From Octopus sinensis (taxonomy: Eukaryota), in NCBI RefSeq assembly GCF_006345805.1, contig NC_043022.1, forward strand, positions 10,106,001 to 10,170,000: a DNA stretch of 64,000 nt. The letters run 5' to 3'. Each line of letters begins with the position of its first letter. The stretch's first letter is position 1. The translations under genes and the position numbers were made by a program. The notes beneath the pieces are model-generated. The model saw only the letters and a list, made by a program, of their open reading frames with translations. It made no database searches and was not told the DNA's origin. Positions 38,419-52,600 of this stretch are shown in pieces.

Positions 38419-41400
38419 ATATATTTATATATATATATATATACACACACACGCACACACAAACACATGAATGCACATATATGCATGTATATATATATAC
38501 ATACACACATAGAACCACATTTTTATTGCTGATCTTATTTGGCTAAATAATACGAAAACACTGAAGTTCTGACGAAGCGTTAATCCTTACAAGCACTCAC
38601 ACAAACCACGTATAATTATATCCACATATATTATACATAAACATACACACACACATATATATTTAGACACATGCATTCGCACATGTATATATATACATAT
38701 ATATATAATGTGCACGTATGTGTCTATGTATGTACCGTCACTCAGTTGTTTATGATGAGTGTTCCAGTTGATGCAATCAACAGAACAGCCTGTTCATGAA
38801 ATTAATGTGTAAGTGGCTGAGCACTCCACAGACACATGTACCCTTAATATAGATTCTCAGGGATTTTCAGCACAAGCACAGAATGCGACAAGGCCGACCC
38901 CTTTGAATTACAGGTACAACTCGTTTTTGCCAGCTGAGTGGACTGGAGCAACGTGAAATAAAGTGTCTTGCTCAAGGACACAACGTGCCGCCGGGAATTG
39001 AACTCATGACCTTGCTATCGTGAGCTGAATACCCTAACCACTGAGCCACTCACTTTCACTCTACGCATATACATGCACTCACACACACAAATGATATTCA
39101 TACCTACATGCATATATATATATGTATGTATATAATGTACATGTGCGTGTGATTGTAAGTATGCATATACATGCACTCACACACAAATGATATTTACACA
39201 TATATTATACGAACAGAGACACATGGGCCTCACAAACGCACACACACATTTATACACTACTGCCCAGGCGAGGGACAACGTCTGTATGAATAAAATGATA
39301 AATGTGAAAAACGAAATTAAAAAAAAAAACAGTAAATAGCAATTTATTACCCTCAGCAGCACTGAGGTATATTCAGCAAAACCTTTTGCAGTTACTTAAA
39401 AATACCCGGAATTGTCTACATTGTATTTTGGAAACCTCTCAAGCAGAGGTTCCGAACCGTTTTTTATCTATGGACCCCTTTGATTAATATTTTACTCTTG
39501 TGGACCCCACAGCCATTCAATGTTTAAAAACTTGGTTTTATAGAAACTTCTTTCAAAATTCCTGTTTTGTTTTTCACCCTTAGGTGAATGTTAGAGAAAG
39601 AAACCTAACTGCTTCTTGCAATACGTACATCGAAAGCAAAATTCTTTCATGAATCCTTAAGATACTGTTGTGGATCTCTAATTTACTATTTTGTCGCATG
39701 GACCTCCCAACAATCTTATATGGACCCTTAAGGGCCATATGGATCTTGGCTGAGAACCACTGATCTATAGCATTGGATACTGACACTAGGTTGATACATT
39801 TTGGCAAAAGGTGGGAAGATTCAGACTGATAGGGCATAGTTGTATTAAGTGGGTACACCGATACTTATACTACTTCTACCACTTCAGTTTATTGCTGTTT
39901 ATTTACATCTTCTGCCCGGAAAAGATTAAAGGTAATGTGAAATTCAGATAACTGATCTCCAGCAGAAATTTTAAGCCTCAAGTATGGCATGGTAGAAATG
40001 TCACAAGCTGGAATATTATGAGATGTTCTGTTGTTTTTATAAGCTTTCAGGAGAATGTGTGTAGTGTATCTTGAAGTACACATGTAAAGCTATAAATAAT
40101 AGCCATCAATTTTTCAACCCAAGACTTACATGTTATTATTTATAGCTTTATGTGTATGCTTCAAGATATACTATTCCAAATAAAAATATTTCATGTTCTA
40201 CTTTTTAATTTTTGCCTTAAATCTGCCAAGTAATTTGACCAAACACTGCCCTAGTCATAGGAATAAAAATAATAGTGATGATGATGATGATAATGTCTCA
40301 GATCAGCAAGGGGCCAGATATTATTTGTTTTTTAAAATCGATGATGTAATTCACTTTATGTTATTGTCCCCTTCCCTGATGTCTGAGAGGAAACTGACCC
40401 CAGCAAGATTTGAACTCTATATCTAAAGGGATGTAACTGAATACCTCAAAGCAATTTTGTCAGGTGCTTTATTGCATGTTTAGCCAACCTCCACCCCATT
40501 CTTTTCTCTATAAGAACAGTACTTGTTTCTTACATAGTCTCAAGGCCGTGCATTTTCAGGAGTAAGAGACAATCAATTATATCAGCCCCACTTGACTAAT
40601 AGAGAGGGATTATATTAATCTGACTAATGATAAAAGGCAAAAACTGGCCTTGGAACATAAAAGGTTGTGACTAGATACAAGACAATCTGTCTGATGCTCT
40701 ACCACATATTCTGTCTACCCTTCATCTCACCCACCCTCTGTCAAACAACAACAACAATAATATAATATAGATGATATAGATTCCTAACTTTAATACACAA
40801 GGCCACAAATTTGCAGAGAAAGGGACACCCAGCTCCTCTTCCTGCAGCGCACCAAGACAGGTACATATTTTATTAAACCCCAGAAAGGTGAAAGGCAAAG
40901 TCAAGTCTAATGGAATTTGAACTCAGGATATATGCAGAGGAGGAGGAGGGAGACTAAAGGAAACATGACAAGGCAATTATTTTTATCATTACTGTTGTTA
41001 TTAAGGCAGTAAGCTGGCAGACTCGTTAGCGCTCTGAACGAAATGCTTAGCATATAATTTTTTCCGGAATTTTACATTCTGAGTGAGTTCAAATACTGCT
41101 GTGGTCAACTTTGCCTTTCATTCTTCCCAGGGCGGGGGTGGGTTTTCAATAAAATTAAGTACTGTTAAGTATTGGGGTTGATATAATTGACTAACATCCG
41201 TCCCCTAAAATTACTAGCCTTGTACCAAAATTTGAAACCATTATTATTATTTGTGCTTCCAAGTTAAAAAAAAAAAAAAAATCCAAACTGGTTAGATTTT
41301 CTGTCAAGACCTAACCATCAGGTCTGAGTCGTCTTCAAACAAATAAAACCTGTTTGCAGGACATGAGTAGAGCATGCATCTCTAGGCACCGAAGCCCTGT

Positions 41401-42097
41401 CCTGTTATACAGATCCAGTGATGTCAAGCTCACCACCATTGCTGCCACCAGAGTCATAAGAGAATAGCTTCTAATTCTAGCAGCTCAGCTTGCAGTCTAA
41501 TCAGTCTGTAATCTGTCTCTTTAGTGATGATAAAAGCAATATTCTATTATAATATTTATTGTACCCGTGTGATAACATATGCAATATTCATGGTCCATGG
41601 TAATGTGATATAATGCGATATAATGCGATGTGATGAAATTTAACAACTGTACATGTGTTAATTGTTGTACAACAAAAGCCTCAAAATACTTAAAGCTCAA
41701 TGGTTCATGTCACTGAGTAAAGCAAGAGGTCTCTGGCTTATGATCAGACCCGGTGGTTTGAACTAATGTGTCCGACAACCCAGTGGTCATGAGTTCAATC
41801 TTCATTGACATACTGCTAACAAAATAAAAAGTTTTATTTTAATATATATATTTTTTTGTTTTTGTTAAGGTAGTGCTCCAACTTGGTCACAACCAACTGA
41901 TTGAAACTGGTAAAAAACAAAAACAAAACCCAGTAAAGAATATTTGACTGGCTGGCAAGTAGTGAAGTCCACCTTAACTGTTTCAAGCATAACCTATGAC
42001 TTGGGGTGGTTTTTTTTGCCTGCTTTCATACCCTCCCAACAGTCTCAAAGACCCTGCCAAAAAATGGTTGTGGCACTATCCCACCTCCTCTCATTAA

Positions 42098-42138
<41 letters not shown>

Positions 42139-42175
42139 TATATACATATATAATGCGTGTATCTGTATATGTGTG

Positions 42176-42221
<46 letters not shown>

Positions 42222-42291
42222 CACACACACTTACACACACAAATATATATGTGATCAGACTTCAAAGAGGCTAGTGTTAGTCTGCATCGAT

Positions 42292-42380
42292 AGTGTACAG
42301 CAAACTTGCCATTGCCATGGGGAGTGGAACATCTGAGACTTTGTGATTTTCCACTCCCTACGGCAAGTTTGCTGTACTCT
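42292..42380 (+). ncRNA. Candidate pre-miRNA-like hairpin
   Basis: About 33 bp of pairing, 11-nt loop, one 6-nt bulge; no TSD or second copy seen. Structure only; no expression evidence. Confidence 0.3.
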
Positions 42381-45300
42381 TTATTGATTTTATAGACACA
42401 AACAAATGTGAAGCCTGTGGTTGTAGGATTTCACCCATTAACACTTTGGAATTTCATTTCAGCCAGTGTCACAAGTCAACTCCTCCCTGTGTTGTCCCCT
42501 AGTAAGATTTGAAACTGTCACCCATTCAATCACCAACTGAATCACACAATCGTATATGAAACGTGCCTCAGTACATACTAGCCGTCCACCCCTACACACA
42601 CACCATCATTGTCCCTAAATCCTATTCCACAGCTAAAACTAGTTAAGTGTTTCAAAGACAAATTCCACTTGTGTATTTCTGTTTTCTTAAAGGTGAACAG
42701 GGAACAGGGTGTGATTGAACTGACTGTCCTCACCTACTAATTGGCACTTGTGTTTGTGACTCTGAAGAGACGAGGAACAATATATACCTCCTGGAGCTAA
42801 AACTAAAGGATGTGTAGGGAGAGGTGATAATTGAATACGGACGGTAATTTTAGTCAGATGCTGTACCATTATTGTTCCAGGTTATCAACCCTGCCCACGG
42901 AATATATTAAGATTAGTTAGTGCTTTCACCAGGCCTTCATTAGTCCCACTGGCTCAGTATTAGGATGGGGGTTTTTTATGTTTTTGTTCCCATTTCATAA
43001 TCTTCATCATCACAAGAAATGTTTATACTGTGCATCAGCATAACGTCAGTTGAATCACCCCCAGTTTATGCCTGGTACTTTATTGTATAAACCCTAGAGA
43101 GATTTAAAGGCAAAGGTTATCCCAGGTAAAATTTGAACCCAAAACACAGAGGGATGAAACTAAGACCTATAAATAAGGCATTTTGTCTAATGCCTTGCTC
43201 TTTCCAGAACATTAGCCTATTTCTTCATCCCAAAAATTATAATTTATGCTCCTGCAGAACTAGTCTGATATTAGGCTTTTAACAGTTGGTGCATTCTTTT
43301 TGTTGTTGTCTAGCCCCCAAGTCAGCTCAAAGACATTCCAGTAGTGACCATCCCACCTTGTTTTCTTCAGACATTATCCTTCTCTAAGTTTATATGTCCT
43401 TTTTAGTATCTTCTTGTGTCACCATTGCCACTGTAGCGGTCTGTGATGTAGGTGGTGCTAGCACATACACGTAGAAGACTGAGAGCAGGGAATGGCATGG
43501 CTGGATTAATCAACTCCAGTACACAACTGGTAATTCATTTCATTAATATTTCTTCACCCCAGATGGGCGAAAGGCTTAGTTGACTTTGGCAGGATTTGAA
43601 CTCAGAAAGCAAAGGAACATAATTAAAGAGCACAAAGCATTTTGCCTGATGCTCTACTGATTATTTTTCCAAGATAATGATGAATTTCTATGGTAGGCAT
43701 TACAATTTTAGGGGCAGGTGGATTGGATAGAAAAAGGAAATGTAAAGTGGAATTTGAACTTTGGTCATAACCTTTTGCCTGTCACTCTTTGATACGATCC
43801 GGCAAAACATGGATTGGGAATTTTTAGAGTGCAGAAGGGGCAAATGAAACTGCCCAGGAGTGCTTTTGAGTACTAACATACATGAAATGGAAATATAACG
43901 ACAAGAAAAGTCTTGTAGGAATAGCTAAGAACTGCTACTTATATGAATGATATAATTAAATAAGACATCAATTACACCAATCTCATCATTCATGTAAGAC
44001 AGCTAAAGCCAAACAGGACATCAGTCTGACCACAAGAGCCAACTATAAAGGACGTATATGTTGAAGCTATTGCAGGCTGTTTGGCATATATAAATGGAAA
44101 GACGTGTGTGTGTGTGTATTTGGGATTTTGTGAGAAGATTCCCAGCCAGGAATGAAACCACTGGCTCCGTGAGACATTGAGAATTCCAGAGTATCACAAA
44201 TGTTCACTTTATAAATGTATTGAGTTCTTTCTTCTTCATAGTAATTGTAGATCCTACCCTTTTCACATACATACATACATACAAACACACACTGAGCCTC
44301 AAGGCTCACATGCTCGGAGAGTATCCTGGTTTTTTTACAGGCTTTGGAAGTAATTGACAGCATGAAAGGCAAAATCGACCTTGTTGGAATCTGAACTCAG
44401 AATGTAGCAACAGGTGAATACCACTAAGCATTTCACCTGCTTGCTGCCTTAATAATAATAATTTCAAATTTTAACCCAAGGTCAACAATGTTGGGGGAGG
44501 GCTAAGTCGATCATATTGACCCCAGTGCACAACTGGTACTTATTTCATTGACCCTGAAAGGATAAAAGGCAAAGATGACCTCGGCAGAATTTGAACCCAG
44601 AATGTGAAGACAAATGAAATGCTGCTAAGCATTTTGTCTGGCATGCAAACCATTCTGCCTGATTGCTGCTTTAATAATAATAATAATAACTATAACAATC
44701 CTTTCTACTAAAGGCACAAGGCCTGAAATTTGGTAGGAGGGGAGTAGTTGATAACATAGACCCCAGTGTATCACTGGTACATAATTTATCTATCCCAAAA
44801 GGATGAAAGGCAAAGTTGACCTTGGCGGAATTTGAACTCAGAACAAAACGGCAGCTGAAATGCCACCAAGAATTTTACCTGGCAAGCTAACAACCTGCCT
44901 GCTTACCACCTTAATAGTAATAATAATAAAAATAACAGTTTTTACTTTATCACTTGTAACTTATTAAATAACAATTTGGAAAAACAAATGAAAAAAAAAT
45001 TAGTTGAGGTAGGTTGATTAAAATAGTGTAAGGAGACATCTAAGACTTACGTTTGTAACAGAACCAAATCTGGTGTTATATCTAAGAAGCCTTTCTTTTC
45101 AGCCACATCTTGACTACATCCATAAATAAACAATAAGATTCATATGCATGCAGTTTTTATGTCTGTACAGAGACAAGATCATAAAAGTGTGTAATAATTC
45201 ACTTTGGTGTACTGATGTGTTTCACATGCGTGGTACACATAATGAATGTTACGGTATAACCTGGTCCTGAGAAGGGCTCGTTTGAAAGGTGTCACCAAAA

Positions 45301-45661
45301 ACAGGGTAAGTCCATGACATAGTTCAGTGTATTTCATTAAGCTTGTAAAGTGCAGAACTGGTTTCAAATCATACCATAGTACAGAAAAAAAGAAAAAATT
45401 AATTTAAGATGAAAATAACATTAAAAAAACCCGAAAATGTTTGTAAGAAAATGACTAGTTTTTTCCTCAGTGAAACTGATCACTTTCATATTGTATGATG
45501 CTTTTTATACACTCAAGGCACAACAAGTACACATAGCAGAACAAATATTTACCATTCCAATGGTAAATAGAAAAAAAAACAAACACTGCATTAACAAAGA
45601 CGAAAAAAAAAAAAAAAGCAAGGGAAGAAAAAGGATCCAGTCACACCCCACTAACAAGGTA

Positions 45662-45919
45662 TAGTTGTGGCTAAAAGTCTGGAACATAGGTCCGAAAATT
45701 AGAATTTTTTATATTAAATGAACAAAGTTATATTTAATTTGCAAGATTTTCCTTGGCCAAAAGTTTGGAACATAGGTCTGAAAATTTGTTCTTCTAGATA
45801 TTGAACCACTGGATTAATGATTGGTTAAGTATATCCCTATGCTGTAGAGATTTGAATCGAATTGTACTCGGGCATAACAATTTTTTTTTTTTAATGTTCC
45901 AAACTTTTGGTTATGACTG
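45662..45919. mobile_element. Tc1-type MITE
   Basis: TIRs TAGTTGTGGCTAAAAGTCTGGAACA / TGTTCCAAACTTTTGGTTATGACTG, TA flanks. Confidence 0.75.
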
Positions 45920-46309
45920 TATGAAATTTGGTAACCAATGACTTCACTAAAAAAAAAAAAAAACCCATGCTATATACTATAAAAAATGAAAAAAAAAAAT
46001 GAGGATCTCTAAAAGTTTGTGTTCCATGTCCAATTAATCATGTCCAGGTATAAATATAAATTTGGTTTTACAGTGTTTGGGGAAAGTAATCATGGGGAGA
46101 ATATTTGTAAGGAGTGGAGAACGTGAGAGGGAGAGAGAGAGGAAGGAGGAAAAGAGATGACTGATGAGTTATTAGTTGGGTACGTGTGGAGCCCCAGTAA
46201 GAAATTTTTAAGATGCAGGCCAGATATAATGGGTCCTCCACCCCCAGACAGCACAAAAAGTTAAAACAAAAGAATCAATTTCATGATTTCTAAATGGAAC
46301 TAAATATAT

Positions 46310-46568
46310 ATATACTTGTATATATATGTATATATATGTGTGTGTATGTATATATATATGTGTATATAAAGATATATATATATATATGTGTATATATATA
46401 TGTGTATATAAAGATATATATATGTATGCATATATATATGTATATCTATATATATATGTATGCATATATATATGTATATCTATATATATATGTATGTATA
46501 TATATATGTATATCTAGATATATGTATATATATATATATGTATGTGCATATATATATTTATGCATATA

Positions 46569-46606
<38 letters not shown>

Positions 46607-46712
46607 TATGTATGTATATATATATGTATGTGTATACACATATATGTATGTATATGTGTATATTTATATATATATAATTAGATCTTTATAAGTTATAAGG
46701 TACATATATATA

Positions 46713-46760
<48 letters not shown>

Positions 46761-47135
46761 TCACATAAACGTATATTTTCTGTATTCATTTCTATATTTC
46801 CATTGTGGATAGCCTTAATCTTATAAGCAGGTCATCTTATATATAAATAAAAAATAAATAAATATATTGTTAGTTTGATAAGTGCCCAGCACAAAACTCT
46901 CTCAGATTAGTTATACATATAAACTCACAAACTTACACATATGTATGTATGTATAAATACATACATACACACACACATATGTATATATATATATACATAT
47001 AATAAATATTATAAATACATATACATAATACTTGTATATAATACATACATATATATACACACACACATATGTAATAATACATATACACATATAATATATA
47101 TATATAATACATACATACATATACATATATATATA
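46310..47135. repeat. Long compound (TA)/(TG)/(TATG) microsatellite block
   Basis: Low-complexity dinucleotide tracts; similar blocks at 32540-32825 and 48115-48390. Confidence 0.95.
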
Positions 47136-48152
47136 ATACAGCACCAACATTCTGCATGCTGATGGTCTACAGTTTCTTATAATCTGCACTAATTAACGAG
47201 TAAGAACTTCAAATTACAAGTTTACCGATACCTTTCACAGATTAGTATTTTGCACAGTACTGTATCGATAGACTTGTATCATTCATACTAATGTACAGGT
47301 ACCTGAATTTCATTTAATTATTTAAGGTAATTTGATATTTGTTTAATTTAGAATGTAGTGACCTCTGATTTTGAAAAAAAAAAAAAATCAGTTATCCAGA
47401 AAGACTCTGGTACCAAAGATTAAATATTTTATCTGTAAATATATGTGCATAAAACGTATATTTTTACAAATCGTGATCTTTTGATGACCATGTAATTTTA
47501 GTCTCTCAGTGACTAAAACGTGGACATATGCAATTCTACTGTGAGGTACCTTGGGCAAGTGTTTTCTACTATGGTTCTGGGCTGACCAAAGCCTTGTGAC
47601 TGGATTTGGTAGACAGAAACCGAAAGAAGCCCATCATATATATATATATTAACGTGTGACTTTGTTTGCCCTCACCCTCACTTGACAACCGGTGTTGGTA
47701 TGTTTACATCCCCATAACTTAGCAGTTTGGTGAAAAACACCAAGAGAAGAAGAACAGGTTTGGAAAAACATGTACTGGGGAGATGGTTAGATTCATTTGA
47801 CTAAAATTCCTCAAGGTAGTGCCCCAGCATGGCCACAGCCTAATGATTGGAACAGGATATTACTGTAGTGCAGGCATGGGCATCCTTTTTTGAGAAGTGG
47901 GCTACAGGAGAGACATGGCTTAAGCTCCAAGGCAATTTTCATTTTTGGTGCCATTCAGAAAGTAATGCAGGCTACAGTTTTCTCATGGCTGCTGCTAGTG
48001 TTTGCCATCTAAGAAGCATATGAGAACCAGTCACTATAATCATTTACACATTTAAACCCTAAGACGACAAATTTGGGCAAGCTGTAGGGTGGACTGAACC
48101 AAACCCTGGAACCTAAATATATATATATATATACGTATATATATATATATAT

Positions 48153-48197
<45 letters not shown>

Positions 48198-48274
48198 CAC
48201 ATATATATATACATACACACACATATATATATATACATATATATGTATGTGTGTATGTATATATATAAATACAG

Positions 48275-48314
<40 letters not shown>

Positions 48315-48735
48315 CACACATTTGTACACATGTATATGTTTTATGCTTATATATGTGCACATATATGTGTGTGTGTGTATATATATATGTAGAGAGGGAG
48401 TGAGAGAGAGATGGTTTGCTATAGAAAGCAACAACTGGGTGGTTGGTGAAAAGATGTTTCACTCTCACAGGAAACCTCACATACACACTCTCACACATGC
48501 ATGCATGCACGAACACATTCGAAAGTAACCTACTCCATCTCCTCCCCCCTCCCTCCCTCCTTTATTTAATGACCTTTCAGCTCCTGCTGCTAATGTTGAT
48601 GCTGTTATTATTATTCATAACCTACAGAACATAAAAACAAAGACGCGAGTGTGTGCGTGTGTGATGGTGGAGATGTGTGTATTCTTCTCCTGCTCCTGCT
48701 CCTCCTCCTCATCATCCACTTCTTTCTTCTCTGTG

Positions 48736-48948
48736 TTATACTTTGGTTGTGTCCATAGGTACGTTCTCCCCAACAACTTCATCTGCCGGCAGAGGTGTAT
48801 GTTTCTTCCATACTTTCCCTGCGGCCAGGATGCGCTGGATTTCTTCGAAAGTCTTGCCTTTCGTCTCCGGGACGAAGAAGAAAATGAAGAACACGGCGAC
48901 AATAAGGACGACAATGAACAATATGAATGTGTAAGGGCCCATAGATAG
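48736..48948 (-). CDS. SLC2A: GLUT last coding exon (TM12 and tail): LSMGPYTF...[11 protein letters not shown]...MDTTKV*
   Basis: ttctag acceptor after a T-rich tract; TAA stop at 48736-48738. Confidence 0.95.
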   Translation of the reverse strand, partial: LSMGPYTFILFIVVLIVAVFFIFFFVPETKGKTFEEIQRILAAGKVWKKHTPLPADEVVGENVPMDTTKV

Positions 48949-49616
48949 CTAGAAGATTAAAAAAAGAAAAAGAAAAGAAAATTAGTAAACATAAAAACAA
49001 GGCATGTTGTGAAGGCAACATAAAAAAAACTACATATAATTTTTTTTATTAGGAATAGTGGATCTCGAAGCACACATAAAGCTATAAGTAATGGCATGTA
49101 CTATTGGGATGAATATTTTGGAAAGAAAAAGTCAAAGGCTGTCTGTGAGATTCCATCCCACAAAGGGCTTTTTTTAAACCTGATATTTACATACTGATAT
49201 TTATAGCTTTATGTGTTTTGAGACCCACTCTTCCAAAAAGAATGATTTCATGTTCTCTCAAAAATAATATATTTGCGGATGGAACATGCGGGATGAAGTA
49301 CTGAAGAATGACCTCAAGAAGCTGAACCTATCAGGACGAACATTTAAGATAATATGACAACAAAAAAAAGTCCTCCATACGCTACCAACATGGAGGTAAC
49401 CTGGGTCAACTTGAGATCCACATCTTATCCAAGCACCCAAAGGACCCAACACTCAGACAAATACAGGAGTACGTTCTCATAAATGAAACTTGCCCCATAC
49501 TAAATAGGAAATATACATAGTAGATATCATACCCACAGTTTAAACAGGTAGAGTAGAATAGTCAGTGGGCTGTTATGTAGATAGATGTATGTATGTGTGT
49601 GTGTGTGGATGTATGA

Positions 49617-49648
<32 letters not shown>

Positions 49649-52600
49649 GTAAGCATATGGATATGAAAGAAAACAGATCAACATACAGACGGATAGTTAC
49701 ATAGGTTATATGAACAAACAAGCACACATATGCAAATGGAGACTGAAACACATGATCATATATACACACACACTTTACTTCACACAAGAACACATATGGA
49801 GACACATATCCCCACATATGGAGATGCACATCCATACATACAAACACAGTACATAGTTGCAAAACACACACACTCAGACATGCACACAAACAAACAAAAA
49901 GGAAAGCAGTGTGAGTAACGGACAGTCAACAACTATTGATTGAAAAGGTTGCAAGACAATGAAAATTTTAGAAAAATAAAAATAAATAAGTTGAAATTTT
50001 ACCAGTGAGTGTGTTAAATTATAAGGCACCAAAAAAGAATGACTCTCCCCAGACACAACAGTATATATATATATATATAAATCTAGATATATATTAACTT
50101 GGCTAATTATCTAAATATTTTACTAAATCTCCCCTTCTACACCCTAAAATCTAATCTACTCTGCATCCTGTTTCCTGCCCTATTTATTTCATTTTTTCCA
50201 TATTTTAGGTTATAAATATGTTTCAGAATTTATTTTTCAAGGAAACACCTGGTATATTTCTAAGAGCTACTTACATAGCATAAATAATTTACACAGTATC
50301 TATATCAAGAAAAGATGACGTCAGTACTACCTTTTCTCTCACAGTATACAGACTTAGATAAATTTACACTGTTATATAATCACCCAACCTGTTCAATGTA
50401 ATAGTGGAAAATGTTTGTGGAGCTCCACAAACACCCCGAAATGTCACTAAATCATTCATGGTCCATACAAATCAATCAGGGGTTCATCTACATAGATATA
50501 GTCACCTAATATAATAAATGTCCTTCAGGAAACAAACCAGCCAGTCAATGCCGGTTAATTGGCCAATCACGTGAGACTACTGTGGCTTGGCCGTGATGTC
50601 TACTTGGTCATCCAGCTATTCTGTTTGGAATCTGCTACATCTTTAAGTCAGTCAGGAAAAGAGCTTCCATTGAGATTATTGTCATTCAACATATCAACTA
50701 AATCCTCCTGAACAATCTAAAAACCATCTCTTATATAGGGGAGTACACAGTCTAAGTTAATGGAGGAATTTTTTTTCTACTAGCTCAACTTTTCTTATTT
50801 CTTTATTGCTCACAAGGGGCTAAACATAGAGGGGACAAACAGATTAAGTCGATTACATCGACCCCATTGTGTAACTGGTACTTAATTTATCGACCCCAAA
50901 AGGATGAAAGGCAAAGTTGACGTCAGTGGAATTGGAATACATAAAATGGAACAGTTAGACTATAAGACGATCATTTATAGTCATAACTATTTCAAAATAC
51001 ACACTAACTGCAGTGGAATTTATGCAGTTACCTGACAATCAACAGTCCTATCATTCAAGCCTCATCTGTGAGATAGATCATATTTGTTTTCTCTTAAATT
51101 GGTGCTTATAATGGCAAATATCCCTCTTTTTTTTTTTTTCAGAATGTTTAATTATTTATGTTTGTGCTCTGGTAAATGAAATGTGTAAGGTTTGCTAGAT
51201 GAAGTAAAATCTATCAGGTGAAGTGAACAAGATCTACTAGATGAAGTAAGGAAGATCTGCTAAATGAAATGAGCAAGATCTAGATGAAGTGAGCATGATC
51301 TGCTTGAGTGAACAAGATCTACTACATGAATGAGCAGGATCTGCTGGGTGAACTAAGGAAGATCTGCTCGATAAACTGAGCAAGATCTGCTAGATGAAGG
51401 AACATGATCTGCTTGGTGAAGTGAGCAAGATCTACTAGATGAAGTGAGCAGGTTCTGCTAGATGAAGTGGGCAACATCTGCTAGATGAACTGAACAAGAT
51501 CTGCTTGGTGAAGTGAGCAAGATCTGCTACATGAAGTGAGCAACATCTACTAGATGAACTGAACAAGATCTGCTTGGTGAAGTGAGCAAGATCTGCTAGA
51601 TGGAGTGAGCAAAATCTACTAGATGAACTGAACAAGATCTGCTTGGTGCAGTGAGCAACATCTGCTAGATGGAATGAGCAAGATCTGCTAGATGGAGTGA
51701 GCAAGAGCTGCTAGATGAAGTGAGCAAGATCTACTAGATGAAATGAGCAGGATCTGCTACATGAAGTAAGGAAGGAATATTAGATGAAAGGAGCAAGGCC
51801 TGTTAGACAAAATGAGTATGGTCTACTTGATGAAGTTATAAAGGATGAATTACCTGTAAGAAGGGAAAAGTCAGCAGGAGGATGAAGTTTGTAACCCAGT
51901 TAAACACCAATGACATGGACATTGCAGCAGCACGAGGTCCTTGTGTGAACAACTCAGACACAATATTGAACGGAATAGGACCTGAAAGATATAAAATAAA
52001 CATGATGAGCATTATGCTGTGGTGGTGGTGGTAGTGGTCATGAAGTGCCAGCATCAGCCCAACCCTGACTGACCAGATTGATGACCAAAGTTATTCAAAC
52101 CATGGCCATCCAGTCACTTTCTTTACAGGAGTAATGGACACTGGAATATATTATACATTGTTATTCTATTTTTTTTATTAATTATGTTGTAGTTTCAGAG
52201 AAATTTGACTGCTATTCCTAGCAGACTGAGCAACTACAGAGATTGCTATTCATTGATTCATGATGATGATATGGATCATTACGTAGTGGTGGCCATCAGA
52301 TGAGCATGTATACATACATATATATGTGTGTGTGTGTGCATGAATGTATATATGTCATTTGTGAGGTCTCTAAGAGTGCTAATAGTAATGTGGAATCCAC
52401 AGTGACCAAACCAGCACCCCCACCAGGCCTGCCTAGCGTGTAGCATTGCTAGAAGTCCAGCAGGACTAAAAACATGACTTCTTAAAAGGACAGATGAACC
52501 TAGTGTAAGTTCAATGACTTCACTGTGTAACAAAATTTTTTTTTTTTTCTTTGTCTTTGGTCAGTAAGTGTTATTTCCTACTTGCTTCTATCAAAGGAAA

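Noticed and set aside
48561-48566. AATAAA on - about 170 nt after the GLUT stop (and AATAAA at 6060-6065 after PPP1R7) as poly(A) signals
   Set aside because: The hexamer is too frequent in AT-rich DNA to call without 3'-end data
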